A stretch of DNA of 62,998 nt, filler included, from Licmophora abbreviata (Eukaryota), in assembly GCA_900291995.1 (NCBI GenBank). It is 24 parts of 24 records of this genome, joined end to end, with 100 filler letters (N's around TTAATTAATTAA, not from the genome) between each part and the next. Parts side by side here need not be neighbours in the genome. Positions count along the whole stretch, not along the records: positions 20,718 to 22,179 come from OLMU01002224.1; positions 22,280 to 24,129 come from OLMU01002225.1; positions 24,230 to 25,494 come from OLMU01002227.1; positions 25,595 to 28,965 come from OLMU01002229.1; positions 29,066 to 30,149 come from OLMU01002231.1; positions 30,250 to 34,864 come from OLMU01002233.1; 18 more parts are not named here. One strand, 5' to 3'. Shown here one piece after another: positions 21,316-33,163 of this stretch. A program made the position numbers and the translations under genes. Position 1 is the stretch's first letter. Each line of letters begins with the position of its first letter. Below the pieces are notes generated by a model. It made no database searches. It was not told the origin of the DNA and saw nothing but the letters and a program-made list of their open reading frames with translations.

Positions 21316-22368
21316 TTATTTGCCGGGGATCAGCCCGCGGGGACTGAACCGCAGCACCAGCAGCAGGATCACCCCCATCGTCAAGAGCCGCATATGCGCC
21401 GCACTCTCCAGCAGATGCGCCTTGAGCGCGCTGCCCTCGGCCATGGGCGCTGTGATCACCTGCATCAGCCACAGGCCCATCGGCTCGACCTGCACCCACA
21501 GGAACCAAATCAGGAACCCGCCCAGAACCGCGCCGAAATTGTTGCCCGATCCGCCAACGATCACCATCACCCAGACAAGGAAGGTAAAGCGCAGCGGCTG
21601 ATACGAGGTCGGGATAAGTTGGCCGTCCAGCGTCGTCATCATCGCGCCCGCGATCCCGCAGACCGCACTGCCCAGAATGAACACCTGCAGGTGCCGCCGC
21701 GTGACATCCTTGCCCATCGCCTCGGCCGCCACCTCATTGTCGCGTATGGCGCGCATCATCCGCCCCCAAGGGCTGTTGAGCGCCAGTTGCGCCGCAACAA
21801 GGATCACCAGCAAGACACAGGCAAACAGCCCCGCATAGCCCAGCTTGACCGTGATCGACGAGGTCGTCACCGGATCGAAACCAAAGCCCTGCACCGTCTC
21901 AACGAAGCCCGGATCGTTCTGCAGATCCACCTCGTAGGGGACCGGGCGCGGCAGGCCGTTCACATTCTTGACCCCCCGGGACAGCCAATCCTCGTTCTTC
22001 AGGACCGCAAGGATGATCTCCGCGATCCCTAGCGTCGCGATCGCCAGGTAATCCGAGCGCAGCCCCAACGCCGCCTTGCCGATGATCCACGCCGCCCCCG
22101 CCGCCAGCAGCCCGCCCACCGGCCAGGCCAGCAGCACCGGCAGGCCCAGCCCGCCCAGATAGCCCGTGCCGGCCGGGTTNNNNNNNNNNNNNNNNNNNNN
22201 NNNNNNNNNNNNNNNNNNNNNNNTTAATTAATTAANNNNNNNNNNNNNNNNNNNNNNNNNNNNNNNNNNNNNNNNNNNNGCGCTGTTCCAGCTCTGCATG
22301 ATGCCGGTCAGCAGGATCAGCCCCGCCACGAGCCCGAAAAGGGCGGTGTTGCGCATCGTCTCGCTCAT
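21316..22368 (-). CDS. Branched-chain amino acid ABC permease, LivM-type (split by gap)
   Basis: LRSDYLAIATLG, SPWGRMMRAIRDNE, VGGSGN; ATGA overlap with the upstream permease. Confidence 0.88.
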
Positions 22369-23375
22369 ACCGATTTCCCCCGGAACAGCCCCGTGGGCCG
22401 GAACAAGAGCACGATGAGCAGGATCACGAAGCTGACCGCGAATTTGTAATCCGTGCTCAAAAGCTGCACCAAACCCTCAGGCTCAAACCCCTCGGGCATC
22501 ACATAGCCCAACACCTTTTTCCACGCATAGGTGATCGTGACCTCGCTGAAGGCGATGATGAACCCTCCGGCAATGGCCCCCAGCGGATTGCCGAGGCCCC
22601 CCACGATGGCGCTGGCAAAGACCGGCAGCAGCAGCTGGAAATAGGTGAAGGGCTTGAAGCTCTTGTCTAGCCCGTACAGCACCCCCGCCACCGTCGCGAG
22701 TGAGGCCACGATCAGCCATGTCACCATCACCACCCGATCCGGGTTGATCCCCGACAAGAGCGCCAGATCCTCGTTGTCGGAATAGGCGCGCATGGATTTG
22801 CCGGTGCGCGTGCGGTTGAGAAACCAGAACAGCAGCGCCACCACAATCACCGCCGTCACCACCGTGATGCCTTGCGTGGTGCGGATCGCCAGGCCTTCCT
22901 CGAGCCCGGTCATCTCCTTGAAGGTCCGCGCCGAGATGATGAACCGCTCGCCATCGGCAAAGCGCTGGTCATCGGGACCGATCACGAACCGCACCAGCCC
23001 GTTGAGAATGAACATCACCCCGATCGACACGATCACAAGGATCACGGGCTTTGCCTTCTGCACCCGGTAGAAGCGATAGACCACCCGGTCTGTGACCAGC
23101 ACCAGCGCCATGCAGCCCAGGATGCCGAAGGGCAGCGCCAGCAGCGCCGTGGGCAAAGGCCCAAGCCCGATGCCCGCCGCCTGCATGGCCCATGTGACAA
23201 GGATCGTGACCATCGTGCCGAAGGCCATCGTGTCGCCATGGGCGAAATTCGAAAACCGCAGGATCCCGTAGATCAGCGTCACCCCAAGCGCGCCAAGCGC
23301 CAGCTGGCTGCCATAGGCCAGCGCCGGAACCAGCACGAAATTCGACAGGGCGACCAGGGCATTGAGCATATCCAT
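22365..23375 (-). CDS. Branched-chain amino acid ABC permease, LivH-type
   Basis: ALGVTLIYGILRFSNFAHG, TGKSMRA, GGLG, RPTGL. Confidence 0.9.
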   Translation of the reverse strand: MDMLNALVALSNFVLVPALAYGSQLALGALGVTLIYGILRFSNFAHGDTMAFGTMVTILVTWAMQAAGIGLGPLPTALLALPFGILGCMALVLVTDRVVYRFYRVQKAKPVILVIVSIGVMFILNGLVRFVIGPDDQRFADGERFIISARTFKEMTGLEEGLAIRTTQGITVVTAVIVVALLFWFLNRTRTGKSMRAYSDNEDLALLSGINPDRVVMVTWLIVASLATVAGVLYGLDKSFKPFTYFQLLLPVFASAIVGGLGNPLGAIAGGFIIAFSEVTITYAWKKVLGYVMPEGFEPEGLVQLLSTDYKFAVSFVILLIVLLFRPTGLFRGKSV

Positions 23376-23448
23376 CACGCCGTCCTCCAACCGTCCAGGC
23401 TCCGGGGCCGGTCACGGTGCTTGCGCGCCCGATATGTCCAGACCCCGC

Positions 23449-24129
23449 TCATCCGCCCAGAAAACTCCGCCGCACATCCGCATCCGCCAACAGCTCCTTG
23501 CCGCTGCCGGTATGCGCATTGCGCCCCTGCACCAGCACATAGCCCTTGTCGGCGATCTCCAGCGCCTGGCGCGCGTTCTGCTCGACCATCAGCACCGGCA
23601 GCCCGGTGCGTGCGATCTCGAGAATGCGGTCGAAGAGCTCATCCATGACGATCGGGCTCACCCCCGCAGTCGGCTCATCGAGCATCAGCACCTTGGGTTT
23701 CGTCATCAGCGCGCGCCCCACGGCCACTTGCTGTCGCTGCCCGCCGCTCAATTCGCCCGCCGCCTGATGGCGCTTGTCGCGCAGGATCGGAAACAGGTCA
23801 TAGACCTGCTCCATCGTCTCCGAAATGTCGTCCTCCCGAATGAAGGCTCCCATTTCAAGGTTCTCCTCGACACTCATCGAGGTGAAGATATTTCCGGTCT
23901 GCGGCACAAATCCCATGCCGCGTCGCACGCGCTCTTGCGGCGTCAGACGCGTGATGTCCTCGCCATCCAGCCTGACCGCGCCTTGCCGCAGATCCAGCAT
24001 CCCGAACACCGCCTTCATCGCGGTGGATTTGCCCGCACCGTTGGGTCCCACGATCACGGCGATCTCGCCGCGATCCACCGCCACCGTGCAGCCATGCAGG
24101 ATATCCGGCCCGGTCTTGCCATAGCCGCC
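23449..24129 (-). CDS. ABC ATPase, LivF-type (5' end in gap)
   Basis: [25 protein letters not shown]. Confidence 0.9.
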   Translation of the reverse strand, partial: GGYGKTGPDILHGCTVAVDRGEIAVIVGPNGAGKSTAMKAVFGMLDLRQGAVRLDGEDITRLTPQERVRRGMGFVPQTGNIFTSMSVEENLEMGAFIREDDISETMEQVYDLFPILRDKRHQAAGELSGGQRQQVAVGRALMTKPKVLMLDEPTAGVSPIVMDELFDRILEIARTGLPVLMVEQNARQALEIADKGYVLVQGRNAHTGSGKELLADADVRRSFLGG

Positions 24130-24229
24130 NNNNNNNNNNNNNNNNNNNNNNNNNNNNNNNNNNNNNNNNNNNNTTAATTAATTAANNNNNNNNNNNNNNN
24201 NNNNNNNNNNNNNNNNNNNNNNNNNNNNN

Positions 24230-24941
24230 GGATAACGCCCGGCCCGCCCTGATCGACATAGCCCGCCACGACCAGCGCATCGCCGCCCGCCGAGGCCAGC
24301 GCGCCGACTTCCGCCGAATAATCGGCCTTGCCGTCCTCATGGGCGGCGGTGGTGGTCACGCTGCCGCCCGCGGCCTCATACGCGGCGGCAAAGCTGTCGG
24401 CCAGCCCCTTGCCATAGTCATTGTTGGTATAGGTCACGGCGACGCTTTCGATGCCGCGCTCCATCAGCACCGTGGCCAGAACCTCGCCCTGCCGCGCATC
24501 CGAGGGCGCGGTGCGGAAGAACAGGCCATTGTCATCGGCAGTCGTCAGCGCCGGCGACGTGGCCGAGGGTGAGATCATCACCATGCCGTTGGGCACCGCC
24601 ACATTCGACAGGATTGCGCCGGTCACGCCAGAGCAATCCGCACCCATGATGCCCTTGACGCCCTCGGCGGTGATCAGCCGTTCGGCGGCGGCGCTGGCGG
24701 CACCTGCGTCGGTGCAGGTGGAATCCGCGCGCACCGGCTCCACCGCCTTGCCACCCAGAAGCGCGCCGCTATCCGTGACCTCGGTCATGGCTAATTCCGC
24801 GCCGCCCGCCATATGCGGGGTCAGCGACTCGATCGGGCCGGTAAAGCCAAGGATGATGCCCAGCTTGACGGCGTGATCGTCCGCACTCGCGGCGCCCGCA
24901 CTCAGTGCTGCGGCAGCCGTGGCTATCAGTAGTATTTTCAT
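24230..24941 (-). CDS. Branched-chain amino acid ABC substrate-binding protein (3' end in gap)
   Basis: Signal peptide, ISPSATSP, FFRTAPSD, NNDYGKG. Confidence 0.9.
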
Positions 24942-25115
24942 GAGTGTGCTCCCTGATTGAAAATTCCTTGATAACCGACGTTATCTTTAGGCAGCCGAAA
25001 ATCAAGCGGAACCGGACTGCCGCATTGACGCGCCGCCATTGACCGGGCGGCAATCCGCCCCAAGATATCTGTGGGGATGCCCGTCTGTGCCCGATCTCAC
25101 CCAAAGGAGGTTTCG

Positions 25116-25742
25116 ATGATCCGCCATATTGCCGCTGCGCTGGTCTGCCTGGGCTTGATTGCCCCACCTGCCGCCGCTCTCGACAGTTCCGTGGGGCCAC
25201 TTGCCGTGACCGAAGTGGCAAACGGATTCGACGCGCCTTGGGCCATGGGATTTCTGCCGGGCGGCGGGTTGCTGGTCACCGAACGCGACGGGCGGCTCTG
25301 GCATCTGCAGGACGGCACCCGGCACGAGGTGACCGGGCTTGGTCCGATTGCGGCGGTCGGGCAGGGCGGGTTGCTCGATGTCCTCGTGCCGCGCGATTTT
25401 TCGCGCTCGCGCACGCTCTTTTTCACCCTCTCGACACCGCAAGGCTCCGACGCCGGCACCGCCGTTGCCCGCGCGCAGCTTTCGCCCGATGCCCNNNNNN
25501 NNNNNNNNNNNNNNNNNNNNNNNNNNNNNNNNNNNNNNTTAATTAATTAANNNNNNNNNNNNNNNNNNNNNNNNNNNNNNNNNNNNNNNNNNNNGCGGCT
25601 CACCGGCGATCCCCTGCAAGAGGTCGAACGCCTGGAAAGCCCCGACACCCTGCGTGTGCGCGACATTCGCGAAGGCCCGGACGGCGCGATCTGGTTCCTG
25701 TCGGTCGGGCAGGGCGCGCTCTACCGCATGACCCCCGGCTAG
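25116..25742 (+). CDS. PQQ-dependent sugar dehydrogenase, YliI/Asd-like (middle lost in gap)
   Basis: PWAMGFLP..LLVTER.G, GQGGLLDV, C-terminal RVRDIREGPDGAIWF. Confidence 0.85.
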
Positions 25743-25749
25743 GTGCGCA

Positions 25750-26766
25750 TCACACCGACAGCCGCGCCGCCTGTGCGCCGCGTTCGCGGTAGGGGGTGGT
25801 GTTGTAATGCGCCCGGTAGCATTTCGAGAAATGCGAGGGGCTGGCAAACCCGCAGGCCAGCGCCACGTTGATGACCGTCATATCGGTCTGCATCAGCAGG
25901 TTGCGCGCCTTCTGCAGGCGCAACTCCATGTAATAGCGCTTGGGACTGCGGTTGAGATACCGCCGGAACAGCCGCTCGAGCTGCCGGGTCGACATGCCCA
26001 CATCGCGCGCCAGAACCGATGGGCTGATCGGCTCTTCGATATTGGCCTCCATCATCTGAATGACCTGGCTCAGCTTGGGATGCCGCACCCCGATCCGGGT
26101 CGGCACGCTCAGGCGTTGGGTGTCCTGATCGGTGCGGATCGACGAATAGATCAACTGATCCGCCACCGCATTGGCCAGCTTCTCGCCATGCTCATCGGCG
26201 ATGATCTTCAAAAACAGATCGATCGACGAGGTGCCCCCCGCCGTGGTCATCCTCGCGCCATCGACCACGAAGACCGATTTGGTTAACTCGACCTCGTCGA
26301 ACTCCTCGATGAAACTATCGTGGTTTTCCCAATGGGTGGTGGCCCGCTTGCCATCCAGCAGCCCCGCGCGCGCCATCACATAGGCCGCGGTGCACAGCCC
26401 GCCGATCTTCAGCCCCCGTCGCGCCTCGCGGCGCAGCCAGTTGAGCAGCCGCTTGGTGGTCGCGCGCTGCACATCCGCACCGCCGCAGATCACCAGCGTG
26501 TCGTCGCGGTTGAGCTCATCAAGCCCCATATCCGTCTGAAACACCGCCCCCGCCGAACAGGCCACCCGCCCATCCTCGGGCTCGCCCGCAAGCTTCCATT
26601 CGTACAGCGTCAGCCCCGACATCCGGTTGGCGATCCGCAGGCTGTCCACCGCCGCCGAAAAACTCACCAGCGTGAAATTGTCGAGCAGCACGAAGACGAA
26701 CCTTCGCGGCGCCTTCGGTGCTTCGACAGGGACGGTCTTTGGGTTGGGCTGCATCGTCCTGGTCAT
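25750..26766 (-). CDS. GlxA-family (AraC + DJ-1/PfpI) transcriptional regulator
   Basis: GGLCTAA, ATTHWEN, C-terminal AraC HTH STRQLERLF...ACGFASPSHFSKCYR. Confidence 0.9.
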   Translation of the reverse strand: MTRTMQPNPKTVPVEAPKAPRRFVFVLLDNFTLVSFSAAVDSLRIANRMSGLTLYEWKLAGEPEDGRVACSAGAVFQTDMGLDELNRDDTLVICGGADVQRATTKRLLNWLRREARRGLKIGGLCTAAYVMARAGLLDGKRATTHWENHDSFIEEFDEVELTKSVFVVDGARMTTAGGTSSIDLFLKIIADEHGEKLANAVADQLIYSSIRTDQDTQRLSVPTRIGVRHPKLSQVIQMMEANIEEPISPSVLARDVGMSTRQLERLFRRYLNRSPKRYYMELRLQKARNLLMQTDMTVINVALACGFASPSHFSKCYRAHYNTTPYRERGAQAARLSV

Positions 26767-26938
26767 CCTAAAATATGCGTCGCGGTCCAGCGGCACACGG
26801 TCCAAGTGTGGCATTTTCCCGACCCGGGACACAAGCCACAGCCTGTCTTTTGCGTCAATGGGCCTAAATCGGATATGGTATCCCGATGGGGTGTTTTGTA
26901 TAGGAATGCCCTGAACGGCCTGCAAGCGGAGAATATCC

Positions 26939-28311
26939 ATGACCGATTGGCACAAATCAGACTGGCGCGCCAAGCCGCGCGTCCAGATGCCCGACTACAC
27001 CGACGCCGCCGCCCTGGCCGAGGTCGAGGCGCGCCTGTCGCACTATCCGCCGCTGGTTTTTGCCGGTGAGGCCCGCAAGCTCAAGCGCCATCTCGGCGCC
27101 GCATCGCGCGGCGAGGCGTTCTTGCTGCAGGGGGGCGATTGCGCCGAGGCGTTCGATCAATTCTCCGCCGACGCGATCCGCGACACCTTCAAGGTGATGC
27201 TGCAGATGGCGATGGTGCTGACCTATGGTGCCAAGGTGCCGGTGGTCAAGGTCGGGCGCATGGCCGGCCAATTCGCCAAACCCCGCAGCGCCCCACCGAG
27301 GTGCTCGATGGCGTCGAGCTGCCCAGCTACCGGGGCGATATCATCAACGATCTGGCCTTCACGCCCGAGTCGCGCATCCCCGATCCCACCCGCATGCTGC
27401 AGGCCTACACGCAGGCCGCAGCCACGCTGAACCTGCTGCGCGCCTTCTCCACGGGCGGCTTCGCCGATGTGAACCGCGTGCATTCCTGGACGCTTGGCTT
27501 CACCGACGACGCCAAGGCCGCCAAATACCGCGAGATGGCCAGCCGCATTCAGGACACGCTGGATTTCATGGCCGCCGCCGGCATGACCGCCGAAACCCAG
27601 CATGAGCTGGCCACCGTGGAATTCTACACCAGCCACGAGGCGCTGTTGCTGGAATACGAAGAGGCGCTGACCCGGCTCGATTCCACCTCCGGCAACTGGC
27701 TTGCCGGTTCGGGGCACATGATCTGGATCGGCGACCGCACCCGCCAGCCCGATGGCGCGCATGTCGAATTCGCGCGCGGCGTGCTCAACCCGATCGGCCT
27801 GAAATGTGGCCCCTCGATGGAATCGGACGATCTCAAGCGCCTGATGGCCACGCTCAACCCCGAAAACGAGGCGGGACGCCTCACGCTGATCGCGCGCTTT
27901 GGTGCGGGCAAGGTGGGCGATCACCTGCCGCGCCTCATCAAAACCGTGCGCGAAGAGGGGGCGAACGTGGTCTGGGTCTGCGATCCGATGCATGGCAACA
28001 CGATCAAATCCGCCACCGGCTACAAGACCCGGCCTTTCGAAAACGTGCTGCGCGAAGTGCAGGAGTTCTTCGCCGTTCATCGCGCCGAGGGCACCATCCC
28101 CGGCGGTGTGCATTTCGAGATGACCGGTCAGGACGTGACCGAATGCACCGGCGGCATGCGGGCACTCAGCGACGAGAACCTGTCGGACCGCTATCACACC
28201 GCATGCGATCCGCGCCTCAACGCAAGCCAATCGCTCGAACTGGCCTTCCTTGTAGCCGAGGAACTCGTCGCCATGCGCGAGGCCCGCTCCCCGGCAGCCA
28301 AGGCTGTCTGA
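26939..28311 (+). CDS. Class II DAHP synthase; apparent frameshift in a C-run near 27291
   Basis: [21 protein letters not shown], then shifted frame LPSYRGD, WIGDRTR, DPMHGN, CDPRLN. Confidence 0.92.
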
Positions 28312-28453
28312 CGGCGCATAGGAGGTGGCAAAAGGGGGGTGTCCTCCTTTTGCCTTACTTCTCGCAGCATGAGGTTTGCGTTGTAACGTCTTGTATTTAG
28401 TTGCATTTTCGGCGCTCTACATGCCTGCCTTATATGCCGGGCGCGCCGTCCGT

Positions 28454-28965
28454 CTAGGCCGCGCCATCCTGTCTGACCAGCCGCAGATAGGGGCGCTCCG
28501 AGCGTGCCAGTTTCAGCTCCGGGCCATGCTCTGCGTCTCGCGCCGTCTGCCGTGCCATGACAGCCGGCGTCGCGGGCAGGGGCATCTCGCCGATCGGCTG
28601 TATCCTGCAGGATTTGATGAAGAACCGCCGCGGCGTGCGTCCCGGCGCATCATCCGCCACCAGACAGCCCAACGCCCTCGAGATATCGCCCAGATCGCTG
28701 CGCAACGGCAACAGGATCAACCGCCCGTGCAGCTGCGACCGCCCCAGACCGCCCACCGATACCAGATCCAGATCCAGCGTCGCAGGCCGGTCGAACAGAT
28801 CCACCAGCAGATCGGCCAGCTGGTCGCGATCTCCCGGCTCGATCAGCGCGCTGATTGGCATACCGCGCACTTCCATACCCATCAGGTCGCTTAAATGCAG
28901 CCCGGCTACCCGCATGCGCGCCAGACCCGGCGCAATCCGCTCGGCGACAAACACATCCGGCAACA
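28454..28965 (-). CDS. PAS-domain (PAS_5-like) protein, 5' end in gap
   Basis: R.AG.HL..LMGMEVRGMP, LLPL, RALGC; typical position next to yicC-gmk. Confidence 0.7.
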
Positions 28966-29065
28966 NNNNNNNNNNNNNNNNNNNNNNNNNNNNNNNNNNN
29001 NNNNNNNNNTTAATTAATTAANNNNNNNNNNNNNNNNNNNNNNNNNNNNNNNNNNNNNNNNNNNN

Positions 29066-29674
29066 AGCTCGCCCTCGGGGGCTGGCAAATCCACCCTGTC
29101 GCGGCGCCTGCGCGATTGGGACCCCTCGATTTCCTTCTCGGTCTCCGCCACCACCCGCACCCCCCGCGAGGGCGAGGTGGACGGGCAGGATTACCACTTC
29201 CTGACCGAAGCACAGTTCCAGCGCGACGTGGCCAATGGCGACATGCTGGAACATGCCCATGTGTTCGGCAATTTCTACGGCTCGCCGCGCGGCGCGGTGC
29301 AGGCCGCCATCGATGCCGGGCGCGACGTGCTGTTCGACATCGACTGGCAGGGCGCCCAGCAGATCCAGAACTCGGCCCTCGGGCCTCACACCCTGTCGAT
29401 CTTCATCCTGCCGCCCTCGATCCGCGAATTGCACCGCCGCCTTGAAACCCGTGGGCAGGACAGCCCCGAGGTGATCGCCAAGCGGATGCGCAAAAGCTGG
29501 GACGAGATCAGCCATTGGGCCGAATATGACTATGTTCTGGTCAATGACGATCTGGACGAAACCGACCGCCGCCTGAAAACCATCATCGAGGCCGCGCGCC
29601 TCAAACGTATCCAGCAGCCGGGGCTGAACGCCCATGTCAAAGCCCTGCACAGCGAATTCGAGGACACCCGATGA
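29066..29674 (+). CDS. gmk: Guanylate kinase (5' end in gap)
   Basis: [39 protein letters not shown]. Confidence 0.95.
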   Translation, partial: SSPSGAGKSTLSRRLRDWDPSISFSVSATTRTPREGEVDGQDYHFLTEAQFQRDVANGDMLEHAHVFGNFYGSPRGAVQAAIDAGRDVLFDIDWQGAQQIQNSALGPHTLSIFILPPSIRELHRRLETRGQDSPEVIAKRMRKSWDEISHWAEYDYVLVNDDLDETDRRLKTIIEAARLKRIQQPGLNAHVKALHSEFEDTR

Positions 29675-30149
29675 CCCTTTATGCTCTTGACGGGCTTGCG
29701 CCCACCATCGCCGAGGACACATGGATCGCCCCCGATGCCAATGTGATCGGCCGTGTCATCCTGCAGGAGGCCGCCTCCATCTGGTTCGGCTGCACCCTGC
29801 GCGGCGACAACGAAGAAATCGTGATCGGCGCGGGCAGCAATGTGCAGGAAAACACCGTCATGCATACTGATCCGGGCTGTCCGCTGACCATCGGTGCCGG
29901 CTGCACCATCGGCCACAAGGCGATGCTGCATGGCTGCACCATCGGCGACAACACCCTTGTCGGCATGGGCGCCACCATCCTCAACCGCGCAGTCATCGGC
30001 CGCAACTGCCTGATCGGGGCAGGGGCGCTCATCACCGAAGGCAAGGAAATTCCCGACAATTCGCTGGTGGTCGGATCGCCCGGCCGCGTGATCCGCACAT
30101 TGGACGAGGACGCAATCGAAGGGTTGCGGAACTCCGCGCGCCATTATCA
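29671..30149 (+). CDS. Gamma carbonic anhydrase family protein (3' end in gap)
   Basis: LRGDNE, NVQE..V.H, IGH..MLHGC hexapeptide repeats. Confidence 0.9.
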
Positions 30150-30249
30150 NNNNNNNNNNNNNNNNNNNNNNNNNNNNNNNNNNNNNNNNNNNNTTAATTA
30201 ATTAANNNNNNNNNNNNNNNNNNNNNNNNNNNNNNNNNNNNNNNNNNNN

Positions 30250-30362
30250 TGGCCATCGTCAAGCATATCGTGAATCGTCATCGCGGCCGGCTTCGAATCG
30301 ACTCGGAACTGGGGCAGGGCACCGAATTCCGGGTGATTCTGCCCGCCTACCCACAAGCCTGA
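30250..30362 (+). CDS. phoR: Sensor histidine kinase C-terminus, probably PhoR
   Basis: Manual translation LAIVKHIVNRHRGRLRIDSELGQGTEFRVILP*; directly upstream of pstS. Confidence 0.8.
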
Positions 30363-30441
30363 CCGGCGTTTCGCGCTTTTTCGCGCTATGCGGCCCGGAT
30401 TTTCCGCCCGCTTTTGCTTGGATTCCGGCGCATCGCGGGGC

Positions 30442-30474
30442 GTGTCATGAAACCGTTACAAAAGTGTAACAAAA
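30442..30474 (+). promoter_or_regulatory. Pho box (three 11-bp repeats) upstream of pstS
   Basis: GTGTCATGAAA CCGTTACAAAA GTGTAACAAAA resembles (CTGTCAT-N4)n. Confidence 0.8.
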
Positions 30475-30550
30475 GCGTCGCTGCAGGCCACTAGCACGCT
30501 GGTAAGGGTCGCCCGGGGGCACCCCGAACCAAACCAATCAGGAGCTTTCC

Positions 30551-31591
30551 ATGTCCTACTTCAAGATGACCGCCTCGACGCTGGCGATCGCCGCAGTTTC
30601 GGCCACCGCCGCCGCCGCCCGTGACAACGTGCAGGTCGCAGGCTCGTCCACCGTTCTGCCCTACGCCTCGATCGTCGCCGAAGCTTTCGGCGAAAACTTC
30701 GACTTCCCGACACCGGTCGTGGAATCGGGCGGCTCGTCCTCGGGCCTCAAGCGCTTCTGCGAAGGCGTGGGTGAAAACACCATCGACATCGCCAACGCCT
30801 CGCGCGCCATCCGCGAAAAAGAGATCAAGGCCTGTGCCGAAGCTGGCGTGACCGACATCATCGAAGTCCGCATCGGCTATGACGGGATCGTCTTCGCCAG
30901 CCAGATCGACGGCCCCGCCTTCACCGCCTTCGAGCCTGCCGACTGGTACAACGCCCTGGCCCCCAAGGTGCTGAAAGACGGCGCGCTGGTCGACAACCCC
31001 TACACCATGTGGTCCGAATTCAACGCCGATCTGCCCGCCGTTGAAATCGCCGCCTTCATCCCCGGCACCAAGCACGGCACCCGTGAAGTGTTCGAGGAAA
31101 AGGTCCTCGCCCACGGCTGTGAAGCCACCGGCGCCATGAAGGCCATGGAAGAGGCCGGCATGGACGAAGACTCCATCGAAGACGCCTGCATCTCCGTGCG
31201 CACCGATGGCCGTTCGGTCGATATCGACGGTGACTACACCGAAACGCTGGCCCGTATCGACAGCAACGCCGAAGGCGTGGGCGTGTTCGGTCTGGCCTTC
31301 TACGAGAACAACACCGACAAGCTGAAAGTGGCCACCATGTCGGGCGTCGCACCCTCGACCGAAACCATCGCGTCTGGGGAATACCCGGTGTCGCGTCCGC
31401 TCTTCTTCTACGTCAAGAAAGCGCATATCGGCGTGATCCCCGGCCTCAAGGAATTCGCTGAATTCTTCGTGTCCGACGAAATCGCAGGCCCCGATGGCCC
31501 GCTGGCCAACTACGGCCTCGTCTCGGATCCGGAACTGGCCAAGACCCAGGCGAAGATCGCTGACGAAGTGACCATGGGCGAAGGCATGTAA
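30551..31591 (+). CDS. pstS: Phosphate ABC substrate-binding protein
   Basis: AGSSTV.P, GGSSSG, IANASR, YPVSRPLFFY. Confidence 0.95.
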   Translation: MSYFKMTASTLAIAAVSATAAAARDNVQVAGSSTVLPYASIVAEAFGENFDFPTPVVESGGSSSGLKRFCEGVGENTIDIANASRAIREKEIKACAEAGVTDIIEVRIGYDGIVFASQIDGPAFTAFEPADWYNALAPKVLKDGALVDNPYTMWSEFNADLPAVEIAAFIPGTKHGTREVFEEKVLAHGCEATGAMKAMEEAGMDEDSIEDACISVRTDGRSVDIDGDYTETLARIDSNAEGVGVFGLAFYENNTDKLKVATMSGVAPSTETIASGEYPVSRPLFFYVKKAHIGVIPGLKEFAEFFVSDEIAGPDGPLANYGLVSDPELAKTQAKIADEVTMGEGM

Positions 31592-31699
31592 GCCTTTCGC
31601 GGATCTTCGGGGGGCGGCGCAGCCTGTGCCGTCCCCCTTTTTCCCGTCCTGAACCTCTGCTACCCCCTCCCGCATTCCGACCAGACCCCCGAGGCCCCC

Positions 31700-33163
31700 A
31701 TGCCCGCAACATGGCTTGTCCTGATCGTTCTCGCACTGTCGGCCCTCGGATACGTCCTTGGCCGCCAACGCGCCCTCCAGAATGCTGGCGGCGATAGCCG
31801 CGCCCTGCATTCCCTGCCCAGTTATTACGGCTGGCATGTGGCGCTCATGGCGCTTGTGCCGGCAACAGGCCTTCTGGCCGTCTGGCTCATCCTGCAGCCG
31901 ATCCTTGTCGAAACCACCATCGCCGGGCAACTGCCCGACAGCGCCATCCCCGAAAGCTCGACCCGCAGCCTCGTAATGTCCGATGTGCGCCGTGTGGCCG
32001 ACGGGCTGGATCTGGCCGTATCGCAAGGCGCCATGACCACGGACGAGGCCGCAACCCTGCGCAGCGAAACCGGACAGGTGCGCGAACGCCTGGCCGAATT
32101 GGGCGTCGCCCTCGGCTCGGATGTCAGCGCCGCCGTGCTCAGCGCCGCTCAGGAGTACCGCGCCATGTCGCGCACCGGCAACCTGATGATGACCATTGCC
32201 GTGCTGGCCATCGCCGCGCTTGGCTTCGTCTATGCGCTCTCGCGCACCGACCGCGACTTTCGCGCCCGCAACGTGGTCGAACAGGGCATTCGCGCGCTTC
32301 TGGTCGCGGCCGCAAGTGTCGCGGTGCTGACCACGCTCGGCATCATCCTGTCGCTGATTTTCAACACGCTCGAGTTCTTCAAGCTCTACTCGGCATGGGA
32401 TTTCTTCTTCGGCACCACATGGGCACCCAGCTTCGGGGGCGGCTCCGAGCTTGGCGTTCTGCCGCTTCTGTGGGGCACCTTCTACATCTCGCTGATCGCC
32501 CTTCTGGTGGCGGTGCCGATCGGTCTCTTCTCGGCGGTCTACCTCTCCGAATACGCGCCCCGCAAGGTGCGCTCGGTCGCCAAACCCCTGCTCGAGGTTC
32601 TGGCCGGCATCCCCACCATCGTCTACGGCCTTTTCGCGCTGCTCACCGTCGGTCCGCTGCTGGTGCAGATCTTCGGCGATGACGGCGTCGGCATCATGCA
32701 GGCCAGCACCGCCGTCATGACAGCAGGTCTGGTGATGGGCATCATGCTCATCCCCTTCGTCAGCTCGCTCAGCGACGACATCATCAACGCCGTGCCGCAA
32801 GCGATGCGCGACGGCTCGTATGGTCTGGGCGCCACCAAGTCCGAAACCGTCCGTCAGGTGATCCTGCCAGCCGCACTTCCCGGCATCGTCGGTGCGATCC
32901 TTCTGGCGGCCAGCCGCGCCATCGGCGAGACGATGATCGTCGTGCTCGGGGCAGGGGCCGCGGCCCGACTCTCGATGAACCCGTTCGACGCGATGACCAC
33001 CGTCACCGCCAAGATCGTCAGCCAGCTGACCGGTGACGCCGATTTCGCCAGCGCCGAGGCGCTCGTGGCCTTCGCCTTGGGCATGACGCTCTTCGTGCTC
33101 ACCCTCGGGCTCAATGTCTTCGCCCTCTTCATCGTCCGCAAATACCGGGAGCAATACGAATGA
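31700..33163 (+). CDS. pstC: Phosphate ABC permease
   Basis: LAGIPTIVYG, SRAIGETM. Confidence 0.95.
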   Translation: MPATWLVLIVLALSALGYVLGRQRALQNAGGDSRALHSLPSYYGWHVALMALVPATGLLAVWLILQPILVETTIAGQLPDSAIPESSTRSLVMSDVRRVADGLDLAVSQGAMTTDEAATLRSETGQVRERLAELGVALGSDVSAAVLSAAQEYRAMSRTGNLMMTIAVLAIAALGFVYALSRTDRDFRARNVVEQGIRALLVAAASVAVLTTLGIILSLIFNTLEFFKLYSAWDFFFGTTWAPSFGGGSELGVLPLLWGTFYISLIALLVAVPIGLFSAVYLSEYAPRKVRSVAKPLLEVLAGIPTIVYGLFALLTVGPLLVQIFGDDGVGIMQASTAVMTAGLVMGIMLIPFVSSLSDDIINAVPQAMRDGSYGLGATKSETVRQVILPAALPGIVGAILLAASRAIGETMIVVLGAGAAARLSMNPFDAMTTVTAKIVSQLTGDADFASAEALVAFALGMTLFVLTLGLNVFALFIVRKYREQYE